Source: a virus
Lineage: Duplodnaviria > Caudoviricetes
IMG/VR virus record: IMGVR_UViG_3300021256_000008
Coordinates: 1-64,000 of that record
Direction: 5' to 3' (one strand)
DNA length: 64,000 nucleotides
Position numbers and translations under genes: made by a program. Below the pieces are notes generated by a model. That model had not been told where the DNA came from. It searched no databases and was given only the letters and a program-made list of their open reading frames with translations. Below are positions 1 to 8,761 of this stretch, piece after piece (position 1 is the stretch's first letter; each line of letters starts with the position of its first letter).

Positions 1-126
1 ACCTTCCTGAAGCAATTCTTCCACTTTATCTGGAAACTTTTTATAACCGTCTATATAAACATCCTGAACGAGTCTTCGTATTGTCTTATCTTTGTCCTTT
101 TTAACGAGCTCAAATTCTACGATCAT
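1..126 (-). CDS. Hypothetical protein, runs off the window (MIVEFELVKKDKDKTIRR...)
   Basis: GAAAGGA RBS before ATG at 126; frame open to position 1. Confidence 0.65.
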   Translation of the reverse strand, partial: MIVEFELVKKDKDKTIRRLVQDVYIDGYKKFPDKVEELLQEG

Positions 127-398
127 GTTGCATTTCCTTTCTCGCTGAAGATTAGTCGATAAAATAGTAGAACAGTCCGCCTGATTATATAGTATGGCCA
201 TGGAATAGATAGAATCAGCACGAGAATAAACGTAATAGCACGAATAAATCCTTCTGGAATGATCGCAAGTTGTGGATCTTTATAAATATCTTTTTTATAC
301 TCTTCTAATCCTTTCGGTGATGTGATAAACCAGCAAACATAAACAAGCCAACCGATGATGTATTCAATGAGCGCAAAATATGTATTATTCAATAACAT
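123..398 (-). CDS. Small membrane protein (two predicted TM segments)
   Basis: GGAGG RBS before ATG at 398 (shorter than the ORF track call); hydrophobic stretches YIIGWLVYVCWFIT and ITFILVLILSIPW. Confidence 0.7.
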   Translation of the reverse strand: MLLNNTYFALIEYIIGWLVYVCWFITSPKGLEEYKKDIYKDPQLAIIPEGFIRAITFILVLILSIPWPYYIIRRTVLLFYRLIFSEKGNAT

Positions 399-744
399 TT
401 TCCTCCGTATTTTCATCAATTTTCTTAGCCTGCTCACTATCTGTAATGAGCACTTTACGAACTTTTTCTGCCGTTTCGCTTGTATCTTTACGCAAAACAG
501 CACTAATCCGCATCCTGAGCCTACCGTATCGAAGCTTCCAATATCCGTCGCTCGCGCTCATTTTTCGTATCATAGGCATACACAGATCATACGCCATATT
601 ATACTGTTCGCTCGAAAGATTGTATTCTCGTCGAATGTTTTTGACGCTATTATTTGTTTTACTTCCTTCGCGCTGTAAAATAACATCCATGATTGCCGAA
701 AGTTCATCGATGTCCGCTTGCGATAATGTTTTAAAACTGGCCAT
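385..744 (-). CDS. Hypothetical helical protein
   Basis: GAGGAG RBS; 119-aa ORF. Confidence 0.75.
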   Translation of the reverse strand: MASFKTLSQADIDELSAIMDVILQREGSKTNNSVKNIRREYNLSSEQYNMAYDLCMPMIRKMSASDGYWKLRYGRLRMRISAVLRKDTSETAEKVRKVLITDSEQAKKIDENTEENVIE

Positions 745-847
745 GTCTTTCTCCTCTCGAATAAATATTTTCTTAACGAAATATTCATTTAAACTCTGAA
801 AAATATGTGTTAGAATTGAAACAATATTATTAAAGGGGGACTAAAAA

Positions 848-1006
848 ATGTCATATAAGGCAACTGTTTGGACAGAAGACGGAGAATACGATATTGGGAC
901 ATACAAAACACGTGATAAGGCCAATGAAGAACTCGATGATTATCTTCGTGATCGTACCGAAATAGATGACAGTCCGATCACCGGCGGAGTTGTCTCTAAA
1001 GAATAA
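848..1006 (+). CDS. 52-aa acidic protein (MSYKATVWTEDGEYDIGTYKTRDKANEELDDYLRDRTEIDDSPITGGVVSKE), divergent from 385..744; below ORF-track cutoff
   Basis: AAAGGGGGA RBS, ATG 848, TAA 1004-1006; TG-n-TAGAAT extended -10 at 808-816. Confidence 0.7.
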   Translation: MSYKATVWTEDGEYDIGTYKTRDKANEELDDYLRDRTEIDDSPITGGVVSKE

Positions 1007-1343
1007 GATTCTCCCAATATTCTTTTCGAAGAGGTTTCATGCGTAAAGCCCACATGATCTTTCGTACAGGAAATGTCGGATAAACCCCGGTGACTGTTGG
1101 CTCTGCCGCATTGTCTTCGAAAAACTCCGCAAACTCCGGATGTAAGTAAATATCACCCGCAAGCCAAGGATCAACTGGACCCCACCAGCGAGCCTTTGTT
1201 TTTTCATTGAATCGTTCCTGTATGATCGCAAGTCCTTTATCTTCGTCCGTAAATAGCGTACAAGTATTGTAAAACGGGTGGTCACACGAGTATGTTTTTC
1301 CGGCGCCGACCCAAACTGATGGTTTTTCGTAGTAATATTTCAT
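996..1343 (-). CDS. Hypothetical phage protein
   Basis: GAGGTG RBS before ATG 1343. Confidence 0.75.
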   Translation of the reverse strand: MKYYYEKPSVWVGAGKTYSCDHPFYNTCTLFTDEDKGLAIIQERFNEKTKARWWGPVDPWLAGDIYLHPEFAEFFEDNAAEPTVTGVYPTFPVRKIMWALRMKPLRKEYWENLIL

Positions 1344-1411
1344 ATTCACCTCGTTTTATGATGAATAAAAGAACGGGAGACTGTAGAAATTAGTCTCCCT
1401 TTAAAACTTTA

Positions 1412-1888
1412 TTAGATATACGCATCGTTATTCGGATCATCTATACCATAAACCTCATGATAAACGCCCATATCAACCGGCAATCCTTCAGCTATATACT
1501 GATTATTGTCGATAATATAAAAGCTTTCACCAGGATTTAATGGTAATGTGCTAGCGAATTGTTTAACTAATTCAAAGTTATTATTGTATTTTTCGTTATC
1601 CCAATTTTCTTTATAAATCTCCTGTTCTTTACGGAGCCACTCGTTATGCTGTTCCTTTGCTATCTTTTTAGCTTCTTCTGCCAATTTCCTTTGATGTTCT
1701 TCTTCGGATTCTTCAATTACAACAGACGCTCTTCCGAGCATGAACGGAATTACCAAAGAACCCCATAAGCATAGAAATATGCCGACCTGTCTTGCAGCAT
1801 CGACTTCTTCCGGATGTTTTTCTTCGAAATCCTTTGCTTTTTCCTTAACTTTAGTTATGCCGTTTTTGAATTTTTCTTTAATTGACAT
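1412..1888 (-). CDS. Single-TM protein, paralog family A (NW..NF..VK.F...L.L.PGESF)
   Basis: GGAGG RBS; own promoter motif at 1920-1946; similarity to 1985..2440. Confidence 0.8.
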   Translation of the reverse strand: MSIKEKFKNGITKVKEKAKDFEEKHPEEVDAARQVGIFLCLWGSLVIPFMLGRASVVIEESEEEHQRKLAEEAKKIAKEQHNEWLRKEQEIYKENWDNEKYNNNFELVKQFASTLPLNPGESFYIIDNNQYIAEGLPVDMGVYHEVYGIDDPNNDAYI

Positions 1889-1984
1889 ACAGATACCTCC
1901 CAAATATAATTTGTGTACTCCATTAAACCCTCTGTAATATTTACGATAAAAAAGGGAGGAGCTGTAAAGCGTCCTCCAAAAATC

Positions 1985-2440
1985 TCAAATGATTTCGTCG
2001 TGGAAGAATCCATTGCCGAGAGACTGAAATACCTCAATTTTCCCATTGTGTTTGCCCATGCCGACTTTCTGCAGCGTGAACGATTCACCAGGGGTAAGCT
2101 TCAGTTCTCCGATAAATTCTTTCACCTTATCGAAGTTTGATTTCCCAACTTCCTCCCAATTCTTTCTCAATCCCCAAAGTTTGTGGGGATCTCCAGCAAA
2201 GTAATTTCCTTCGGTTACATTAGAACCGTAGAGTTTCCGAACAGACTCTTGGAAAACGCGATTCTCTTTCAGGCATCTGCCGATGTGAATGCCTGGGATC
2301 ACGATTGAGGTCAGTCCAAGAACTCCAAGCATAATTTCGCCCGGATGTTCCTTGACTGTATCAACAATCATGCCCTTTGCATTCTTCGCAACAGACGCTG
2401 TTTTATTCTTTGCTTTCACAAAAGTTTCATTCAGATTCAT
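1985..2440 (-). CDS. Single-TM protein, paralog family A
   Basis: GGAGGA RBS before ATG 2440; promoter motif at 2474-2500. Confidence 0.8.
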   Translation of the reverse strand: MNLNETFVKAKNKTASVAKNAKGMIVDTVKEHPGEIMLGVLGLTSIVIPGIHIGRCLKENRVFQESVRKLYGSNVTEGNYFAGDPHKLWGLRKNWEEVGKSNFDKVKEFIGELKLTPGESFTLQKVGMGKHNGKIEVFQSLGNGFFHDEII

Positions 2441-2534
2441 ATCAAGTTCCTCCTGTAATATAATTATTCTTTGCATTATAGTCCCTGTAGATTTTTCGAA
2501 TATAAAAAAAAGGGAGAGAACCGTAATAGTTCTC

Positions 2535-2726
2535 TCATTTGGCTTTTGTAGTTTCGTCCAGGCATGCCCATATAATCGTCGACAGCCGGTCAACTGCTTC
2601 GTCGTGAGTCAGTTTTCCTTCGGCGACCATTTCATCGAGCAATCTGCCCGCACATAAAATGCCCTTTTCAAGTTTCTTCAGTTTTCTCCTCTTTCTGAGT
2701 TTCTTGAAATATCGAATAATGCTCAT
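2535..2726 (-). CDS. Small basic hypothetical protein
   Basis: AGGAGG RBS; promoter motif at 2752-2778. Confidence 0.75.
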   Translation of the reverse strand: MSIIRYFKKLRKRRKLKKLEKGILCAGRLLDEMVAEGKLTHDEAVDRLSTIIWACLDETTKAK

Positions 2727-2816
2727 CGTATATCCTCCTTTTCTTATTTCTCACTATAGCAATTGTATTTTTTGCGAAAGAGAAGAGACTCTGTAAAAAG
2801 AATCTCTTCTCAATTT

Positions 2817-3197
2817 TTATCGACGCAATAAACCCATATCGGCCAGAATTTCGACCGTAGATTCGCCGCTGCGTTTCCGCTGGGCAAATTCGATGGTTTC
2901 TTCGTACTTCATCGGACGCTTAAGTTCCTGCCATTTTCCGATTGAATGGTCATAAATCTCAAGGTCATGATGCTTCTCTTCTCTGTCCGCTTCAATTTTG
3001 CGACCGATCGCCCATGCGGTTTTACCGATAGTTCGAACAGCCACACCGAATGCGGCCAGAAAAGCAAGCGTCAATTCCTTGTTGTTGCTGCACCATTCAA
3101 GCGTGGCCTTGGCATTCCGCTTCAGATTCCATTTGAAGCCGTACCAGCGAATTGACCAGTCTGCTTTCAGGTTTTCATACTTTTCTTTTAAATCCAT
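2817..3197 (-). CDS. Single-TM protein, paralog family B (..R...GES..E.L..MG.L)
   Basis: GGAGG RBS; promoter motif at 3224-3250; similarity to 4321..4689. Confidence 0.8.
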   Translation of the reverse strand: MDLKEKYENLKADWSIRWYGFKWNLKRNAKATLEWCSNNKELTLAFLAAFGVAVRTIGKTAWAIGRKIEADREEKHHDLEIYDHSIGKWQELKRPMKYEETIEFAQRKRSGESTVEILADMGLLRR

Positions 3198-3249
3198 AAA
3201 AATACCTCCTTAAGTTTATTGTTCACTTAAGAGGTTGTAGTTTTTTCGA

Positions 3250-3422
3250 AAAAAAAAAATATAAAGTGTGAGAGTTACCGCGCTTCCAACACGGGTCTCC
3301 ATTTAATCCTTACGAAACCGTTTCCGGCTGGCGTGCTACGATTACACCATTATGTAGTTGGGGCATTTCATCCCCGGCCTTGCATAACCGATTTATAAGG
3401 CTTTCCGCCTGACCTTTCTACT
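3250..3422 (-). ncRNA. Candidate ~170-nt small RNA with a tRNA D-arm-like element, CCG-GAAA-CGG hairpin and AAGGATTAAA loop
   Basis: Own promoter motif (3428-3453), U-tract at 3249-3259, no RBS-led ORF; motifs shared with the units at 8.5 and 14.8 kb. Confidence 0.55.
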
Positions 3423-3478
3423 CCTCTCATCATACCCGTTGTCATTTTTACGACAAAAAAAAGAAAGAAACTGCGTTG

Positions 3479-3667
3479 TTAGCAGCTCTTTCTGAATTCT
3501 GAATACCACAATAAATACATAAATGTTCCTACAAATATAATTCCGATTATAGTATATCCGGGTCTTCCAATTTCTGTAATAATGCTGGTTTTGTATTCAT
3601 TCATCCATTTTCCAGCGATTATCTGTACAAATATTAAAATTCTCCTGATAAAGTCATTATTTAACAT
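3479..3667 (-). CDS. Small membrane protein
   Basis: GGAGG RBS; promoter motif 3708-3734; TM segment TIIGIIFVGTFMYLLW. Confidence 0.7.
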   Translation of the reverse strand: MLNNDFIRRILIFVQIIAGKWMNEYKTSIITEIGRPGYTIIGIIFVGTFMYLLWYSEFRKSC

Positions 3668-3782
3668 ATTTCTTTCCTCCTATATGAATATTTGTAGTAT
3701 TCTCCTTCATATAAGTCGGTGTAAAATATGCGAAAATTGCAAAAGAAATAGCCTCTGTCGAGACTATCTCCTTTTTGAAGAA

Positions 3783-3977
3783 TTAATCTTTTTTAAATGG
3801 TCCTACAAAGCCAAGCAGTACAAAGCATACAATAAATGTCAGTACTGCCTTATGGTTGACGACCCAGGTGACAAAATTGACTTCGCCGGTCATGAGGCCC
3901 GTGCCAAAATTGACAATCCAGTACGCCACACTAAGGACAATTGGTACTAACAAAATCGCACAAAGTACTTTCTTCAT
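3783..3977 (-). CDS. Small two-TM membrane protein
   Basis: GGAGG RBS; promoter motif 4010-4036. Confidence 0.75.
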   Translation of the reverse strand: MKKVLCAILLVPIVLSVAYWIVNFGTGLMTGEVNFVTWVVNHKAVLTFIVCFVLLGFVGPFKKD

Positions 3978-4074
3978 TATGTATTTCCTCCTTAAATGGT
4001 TTATTTCTTCATAAAAGGAAATGTAAAAATTGCGAAAAAAAGAGGAACTGTGAAACTTCAGTTCCCCTCATACT

Positions 4075-4203
4075 TCAATCTGCTAACATAAATACCACTC
4101 CGAGCAGTATAAGTCCCAAAGGTCCCAAATATGAGTATGCAACTACTGCTCCGAGTCCGACAATTAGCAATTTTGTCATACTAGAGTTCTTCAATTCACA
4201 CAT
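4075..4203 (-). CDS. 42-aa hydrophobic peptide (MCELKNSSMTKLLIVGLGAVVAYSYLGPLGLILLGVVFMLAD); below ORF-track cutoff
   Basis: AGGAGG RBS; promoter motif 4253-4279; terminator downstream; start could be a downstream TTG or ATG. Confidence 0.65.
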   Translation of the reverse strand: MCELKNSSMTKLLIVGLGAVVAYSYLGPLGLILLGVVFMLAD

Positions 4204-4280
4204 TCCTCCTTTAAAATATATGCGGGATTCGATCTCATCTGATCCCTCCCTTCAATATTAGAGCTGTCATTTTTACGAAC

Positions 4281-4313
4281 AAAAAAAGGAAAGCCGCTGT
4301 AGACTTTCCTTTT
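4281..4313 (-). terminator. Representative intrinsic terminator of the cassette array (GGAAAGTC-TACAGCG-GCTTTCC then U-tract)
   Basis: Similar hairpins at about 1374, 1955, 2511, 2779, 3748, 4041, 4752, 5987, 6329, 7771, 8121, 8738, 9110, 9419, 14508. Confidence 0.85.
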
Positions 4314-4320
4314 AGAAGAA

Positions 4321-4689
4321 TTATTTCTTCTTTTTTGATTCTTTGAGAACACCCATATTCGAAAGAGCTTCTCCTTTTGACTCACCAGCTGTCAGTCGAT
4401 CGCTGAGTTCCATGATTTCCATATTTGTCAGCGGGTGCGATGTCCTGAAATTCAGTCCTGTAATTTCATCCGGGACCTCGCAATTGTGTCCCCCGTTCCC
4501 GAATTTGCTGATTAGTCCGATGATAGTCATCGCACCACCAACAAGCCCGGAACCAAATTGAAACAATCGCATTGGATTCTCCATTAGAAATTCACCAAAA
4601 TCTTTGACTTCTCGCCATGCTTGTTTAAACAAGTTCTTTTCCGGAACTTCTTCGACTTTCTTCTGCAATTCTTCTTTATTGCCTTCCAT
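4321..4689 (-). CDS. Single-TM protein, paralog family B
   Basis: AGGAG RBS; promoter motif 4718-4744. Confidence 0.8.
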   Translation of the reverse strand: MEGNKEELQKKVEEVPEKNLFKQAWREVKDFGEFLMENPMRLFQFGSGLVGGAMTIIGLISKFGNGGHNCEVPDEITGLNFRTSHPLTNMEIMELSDRLTAGESKGEALSNMGVLKESKKKK

Positions 4690-4794
4690 TTTGATTCTCC
4701 TTTCGTACTATAGTTCTCATTAAAATAGTTGTAATTATTTCGAAAAAAAAAAGGAAAGCCGCTGTGGACTTTCCTTTTCCGATTTTTCTCCGAA

Positions 4795-5202
4795 TTACCG
4801 AGGTTTCACCACGTTCTGACAATCCTGCTGGAACTTCTGAAGTCGCTTGTCCTGCTGGAACCATGTATCCATTGCATAACCGGCGAATCCTCCGAAAATC
4901 CCCATCACAAAGAACATGGCGGCCTTGAGCAAATCAGCCCGCGTACGAGCACGATCGTTCTTTACTTTCTTCATCTCGACATCAACTTTGCGATCTTCTG
5001 TTTCGTTTTTCGCATAGTTGTTGAGACGATTCTGTTCCGTCTGATCGTATCCGTTACGGATCTTGAAATAGGTCTCAGCCTCACCAAGTAACTTTCCGCG
5101 GTTTGGATCATTGAATGCCATCCTGGTTAATTCTGCGTAAGAATCACGTTCCAACTTTTCCAACAGTTCCGGGGCCGTCATTTCGTTGATTTCTTTTTCC
5201 AT
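4795..5202 (-). CDS. Coiled-coil protein with C-terminal TM
   Basis: GGAGG RBS; promoter motif 5237-5263. Confidence 0.8.
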   Translation of the reverse strand: MEKEINEMTAPELLEKLERDSYAELTRMAFNDPNRGKLLGEAETYFKIRNGYDQTEQNRLNNYAKNETEDRKVDVEMKKVKNDRARTRADLLKAAMFFVMGIFGGFAGYAMDTWFQQDKRLQKFQQDCQNVVKPR

Positions 5203-5250
5203 AATTTCCTCCTTAAGTTATTCGAAGATCTCTCTCCATTTTACGAACTG

Positions 5251-5493
5251 TCAATTTTGCGAAAGTTTATTCTGCAGCTCAAATGTAAGATCTTTGCGAT
5301 TTACAAGTTGATCAAACCCGATATTAAGTGACATGAACATTCCGTCTCCAACTTCCTCGTCATCGACGTGCTCCAAGCTGATAACTCCGTCGTACGGCTT
5401 CTTTTTCTTCGTATTTTCAAATATAACGCATGCGAAAAATCCGATTACGATTCCAAGAGCCCATACAATTATCATTGTTACCCATTCCGACAT
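5251..5493 (-). CDS. Small protein with N-terminal TM
   Basis: GGAGG RBS. Confidence 0.75.
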   Translation of the reverse strand: MSEWVTMIIVWALGIVIGFFACVIFENTKKKKPYDGVISLEHVDDEEVGDGMFMSLNIGFDQLVNRKDLTFELQNKLSQN

Positions 5494-5519
5494 TGTTTTT
5501 CACCTCCTTTCGACAAATA

Positions 5520-5960
5520 TTATTCTGTTTCCGAGTCTGGTTCATCCTGCGCGTCCAGACCATACCACGATCTGATAAACGTTCCTGTATCTTTAGTCTT
5601 TTGAATAAGTGATTTAAGTTTTTCGTCGGCCTCGCTAAGTGTTTTTGCACTATTTAAAATATCAGTTGCTTCTTTTTTCATCATGAGCTGAAGACAATAT
5701 GTAATAAGGCCGCACTTTTCTTCACAAATATGATGCTCATCGAGTAGTAGACAGCTGCTATCTTCGTAGTCTTCCGGATTAAAATATCGATTTACGGCGT
5801 CAAGTTCCATAAAATATCCTTTTATTGAGGGGTCTAACCATTTATCGAGTTCTTTGATCCCGACGCCTTTTGACATTTTTTCAAGCAGTCTGTTCTCGAA
5901 TAATTCTTTCATGCACACCGCAATAAGATTACATCTGTTTTGTTTCTCTACGTCTTCCAT
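5520..5960 (-). CDS. Hypothetical protein
   Basis: AAAGGA RBS; 146 aa. Confidence 0.75.
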   Translation of the reverse strand: MEDVEKQNRCNLIAVCMKELFENRLLEKMSKGVGIKELDKWLDPSIKGYFMELDAVNRYFNPEDYEDSSCLLLDEHHICEEKCGLITYCLQLMMKKEATDILNSAKTLSEADEKLKSLIQKTKDTGTFIRSWYGLDAQDEPDSETE

Positions 5961-6007
5961 TTTGATTATTCCTTTCTAATAAAAAAAAGAGACTCGCTGT
6001 GAGTCTC

Positions 6008-6256
6008 TTATTGGTCTTGTTGATAGACCGATTCGTATGCAGCATCACAACCTTCAAGAAACGAATAAATGTCCACATCCGAGTTGTCTGATACTACAGA
6101 TTTCGCTGCTCCGATTCCGGCGGAAAAGTAAAACGCAAACTTTTCCCTGTCTTCATCAGACATATCCTTTGTTTCTTCATTCAGTATAGACTGATAGAGA
6201 AACAGGGTTTTCGTTATAGCTTTTTCCGCTTTTGTCTTCAGTTCTTCATCTGTCAT
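6008..6256 (-). CDS. Small acidic hypothetical protein
   Basis: AAAGGA RBS; promoter motif 6294-6320. Confidence 0.75.
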   Translation of the reverse strand: MTDEELKTKAEKAITKTLFLYQSILNEETKDMSDEDREKFAFYFSAGIGAAKSVVSDNSDVDIYSFLEGCDAAYESVYQQDQ

Positions 6257-6342
6257 GTAGATGCTTCCTTTCCGTATATAATGTTATTCTGTGCATTATA
6301 GAAGCTGTCATTATTACGAGAAAAAAAAAGAAGCCGCTCTGA

Positions 6343-6591
6343 TTAAGCGACTTCATAAGATTTAACTGTAATAGTATCTTCTTGGTTAAGATCTTTATTG
6401 ACACCCCAATAAATATCTTTACCGATAATCGATTCATTGTAGCTGCTCAACCAGTCCAGAACAAAGCTTTTTGCTTTCTCCATACTGTCGAACACGCCAC
6501 GAACCTCATAATCGATGATTTCATCTGGTAAAGTTTCTGGTTCTGTGTCTTCTCGAATTTTCCCGACCTTTTCAACAATATAAACTTTCAT
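6343..6591 (-). CDS. Small protein, paralog family C (MKVY.V....GVF.S.EKA)
   Basis: Promoter motif 6611-6637; similarity to 9429..9665 and 9817..10068. Confidence 0.75.
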   Translation of the reverse strand: MKVYIVEKVGKIREDTEPETLPDEIIDYEVRGVFDSMEKAKSFVLDWLSSYNESIIGKDIYWGVNKDLNQEDTITVKSYEVA

Positions 6592-6638
6592 ACAATTAAT
6601 CACTCCTTTCTATTATAAAAGCTGTCATTATTACGAGC

Positions 6639-6941
6639 TTATCTTCTTCGACTAAGTTCCCAGAAGAATCTACTGTACGAATATCTAAGTTCTACAGGTA
6701 AAACGAGTTTTTCAGTCGTGACATACGGGAGAATATCAGGCCCTACAAGCTTAGCACAGTATTCGATGAGTTCCACATTTCTGCGAATATCACCGCGCTT
6801 AATACCATCTCTCGAAGTCGTGTCGCCTTTACCTGACCATCCATCTGCGTTTAAATATAAACGTTTCCATTCCGAATACTGCAGACAGAAGTGCTTTAAC
6901 TCGTAAAAGCGATGCTTACTCAGTGTAAATTCAGTTTTCAT
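6639..6941 (-). CDS. Conserved-looking hypothetical phage protein (RFYELKHFCLQYSEWK)
   Basis: ATG 6941 overlaps the end of the upstream HTH gene. Confidence 0.7.
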   Translation of the reverse strand: MKTEFTLSKHRFYELKHFCLQYSEWKRLYLNADGWSGKGDTTSRDGIKRGDIRRNVELIEYCAKLVGPDILPYVTTEKLVLPVELRYSYSRFFWELSRRR

Positions 6942-7203
6942 AAACTTTTCCGGTCGGAAGGCCCAAAATATAACGAATTGTCTCGTTACTAGCGTTCGTA
7001 AGCCGAAAACATGTAGCCAGAGTGTCATTTGGCATCTGACGAAAAGCCTCTTCGTTTGTACGATACCGCCATAAAGTAGACCGACTGAGACCCAGTTTTT
7101 CGCACAGTTTCTCTGCTTTTACATGATTCGCCCTCTGATACTCGCATAGAAGTGCGTCAAACCGATCCATTCGTCTATCATAGTGCAAATATAAATCTTT
7201 CAT
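6931..7203 (-). CDS. HTH DNA-binding protein, candidate lysogeny repressor
   Basis: LCEKLGLSRSTLWRYR HTH; preceded by a host-type sigma-A promoter rather than the phage motif. Confidence 0.7.
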   Translation of the reverse strand: MKDLYLHYDRRMDRFDALLCEYQRANHVKAEKLCEKLGLSRSTLWRYRTNEEAFRQMPNDTLATCFRLTNASNETIRYILGLPTGKVYEN

Positions 7204-7252
7204 TACAGCAATCCCCGTTTCACATATTAAAGATTGCCGGCCGACACTAGAA

Positions 7253-7280
7253 AATATAGCAGAATAATGACAGAAGTCAA
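7253..7280 (-). promoter_or_regulatory. Sigma-A-type promoter TTGACT-N16-TATATT with extended -10 (TG)
   Basis: Read directly upstream of 6931..7203. Confidence 0.65.
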
Positions 7281-7430
7281 GGAGCTTTGTAATGGCTTTG
7301 TTTAAGATTTGAAACTATTATCTTAGGACTGAAAAATATGTTTTAGAAATGAATTGTCTACTTTTCACGAAAATATTTTATAAAAACAGTAAAAAGATAG
7401 CAACTGTAATAGTTACTATCTTCTTGAAGA

Positions 7431-7682
7431 TCAACTCAGTTCAACATAATTGAACGGCTCAAGTCCGCCTAATTTTCGGACCGTTATGCCGAAAGCTTTT
7501 GCCAGGGATGTCATTGCGCTGGTTGATGGAAATACATTGCCTTTCTCAATCTGGCTGACGTAGCCCTGTGTCAGATCACAGCGCTTTGCAAGCTCAGTCT
7601 GAGTCCGCTTCGTGTATTTCCTGCATCTCAACAGGTTTTTCCCAAAGTTTTCTCTCACAACATTTTCTTCATAATTAGACAT
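7431..7682 (-). CDS. XRE/Cro-family HTH transcriptional regulator
   Basis: RTQTELAKRCDLTQGYVSQIEKG...LAKAFGITV; under the phage promoter motif (7724-7750). Confidence 0.9.
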   Translation of the reverse strand: MSNYEENVVRENFGKNLLRCRKYTKRTQTELAKRCDLTQGYVSQIEKGNVFPSTSAMTSLAKAFGITVRKLGGLEPFNYVELS

Positions 7683-7801
7683 TTCAAATTCCTCCTATTA
7701 TAAATAAATTTGAGTTTTTTCTTCATAATAGGCGGTGTCAGTTTTACGAAACTAACTATAGGAGAAAAAAAGGAAGACTCCGTAGAATCTTCCTTATTAC
7801 G

Positions 7802-8038
7802 TTATTTTTCCTTCACGTATATAACGTAATCATAGTCTTCTTCATCTTCCTCTTTTGTTGAAGATTCAACCAATTGAAATCCGATCCATGTCATAAGCAT
7901 TGATCCCATGATGAGCCAGGCCATAGCAATGAAATCGGTATCGAACTTGAATACGAGTTTAAAGGCTACACAATAGCCAATAAATCCCGCAATCGCCATA
8001 ATTGCGCCGATGATCATTCTTGTCCATTCGTTCTTCAT
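7802..8038 (-). CDS. Small two-TM membrane protein
   Basis: GGAGG RBS; promoter motif 8083-8109. Confidence 0.8.
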   Translation of the reverse strand: MKNEWTRMIIGAIMAIAGFIGYCVAFKLVFKFDTDFIAMAWLIMGSMLMTWIGFQLVESSTKEEDEEDYDYVIYVKEK

Positions 8039-8137
8039 AATAATTTCCTCCTATAATATCGAATTGTTTAATGATTCCTCTTCATAATAGGCGGTGTATT
8101 TATTACGAACTACAAAAAAAAAGAGAAGAGGATCTAA

Positions 8138-8419
8138 TTAGATCCGCTCTTCTCCTTCGATGTATTTGTATACTGTTTCGGCCAGTACGGGCCACCAGAT
8201 CTTTTTTGCTTTCATGGGATCTGGAAAACATGATTTGATTGCACTGCAAACATCGTTCGGAGTTAAGTCTTCGTGCTGCATTGCTCGTGCTCCTCGCTCA
8301 ATGTGCAATGTCGTAATAAAATTCATAGTTCCGGGATATGCTTTTTCAATAGCTCCCATAGCTTTGAATCCGCGACTGATTACTTCTTTTGCTTTCACAC
8401 CAATCTGAAACTTAGCCAT
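8138..8419 (-). CDS. Hypothetical protein
   Basis: GGAGG RBS; promoter motif 8451-8477. Confidence 0.75.
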   Translation of the reverse strand: MAKFQIGVKAKEVISRGFKAMGAIEKAYPGTMNFITTLHIERGARAMQHEDLTPNDVCSAIKSCFPDPMKAKKIWWPVLAETVYKYIEGEERI

Positions 8420-8475
8420 ATAAATATCCTCCTAATATGTTTTGTGTCTTCATACTAGTCGGTGTGATTATTACG

Positions 8476-8694
8476 AAAAAAAAGAGAAACTGTCAAAGCT
8501 GCTCCTCGCAACTTGTCCACTCAACTCCGCACTTTAATCCTTCCAGAACGGCGCCACCGGATAGAATGACGTACCACTATATTACTTAAGTCTATAGCGC
8601 CCATATCTCTATCTCGCGTTCGTCCCCGCACTTTAATCTTTCAGAAACGGTGCCGTGCAAGTATCTTGACTTACATCACTTTTCTAGTTTCTCT
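8476..8694 (-). ncRNA. Candidate ~215-nt structured small RNA with two copies of a hairpin motif
   Basis: Own promoter (8698-8724); 5' AGAGAAACT (8686-8694) pairs perfectly with 3' AGTTTCTCT (8483-8491), followed by a U-tract; internal repeats 8527-8555 and 8626-8654; no RBS-led ORF. Confidence 0.65.
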
Positions 8695-8761
8695 CTCTAT
8701 AATAGTCGATGTATTTTTTACGAATTACGAAAAAAAAGACCGGTTGCAAGAACCGATCTCT

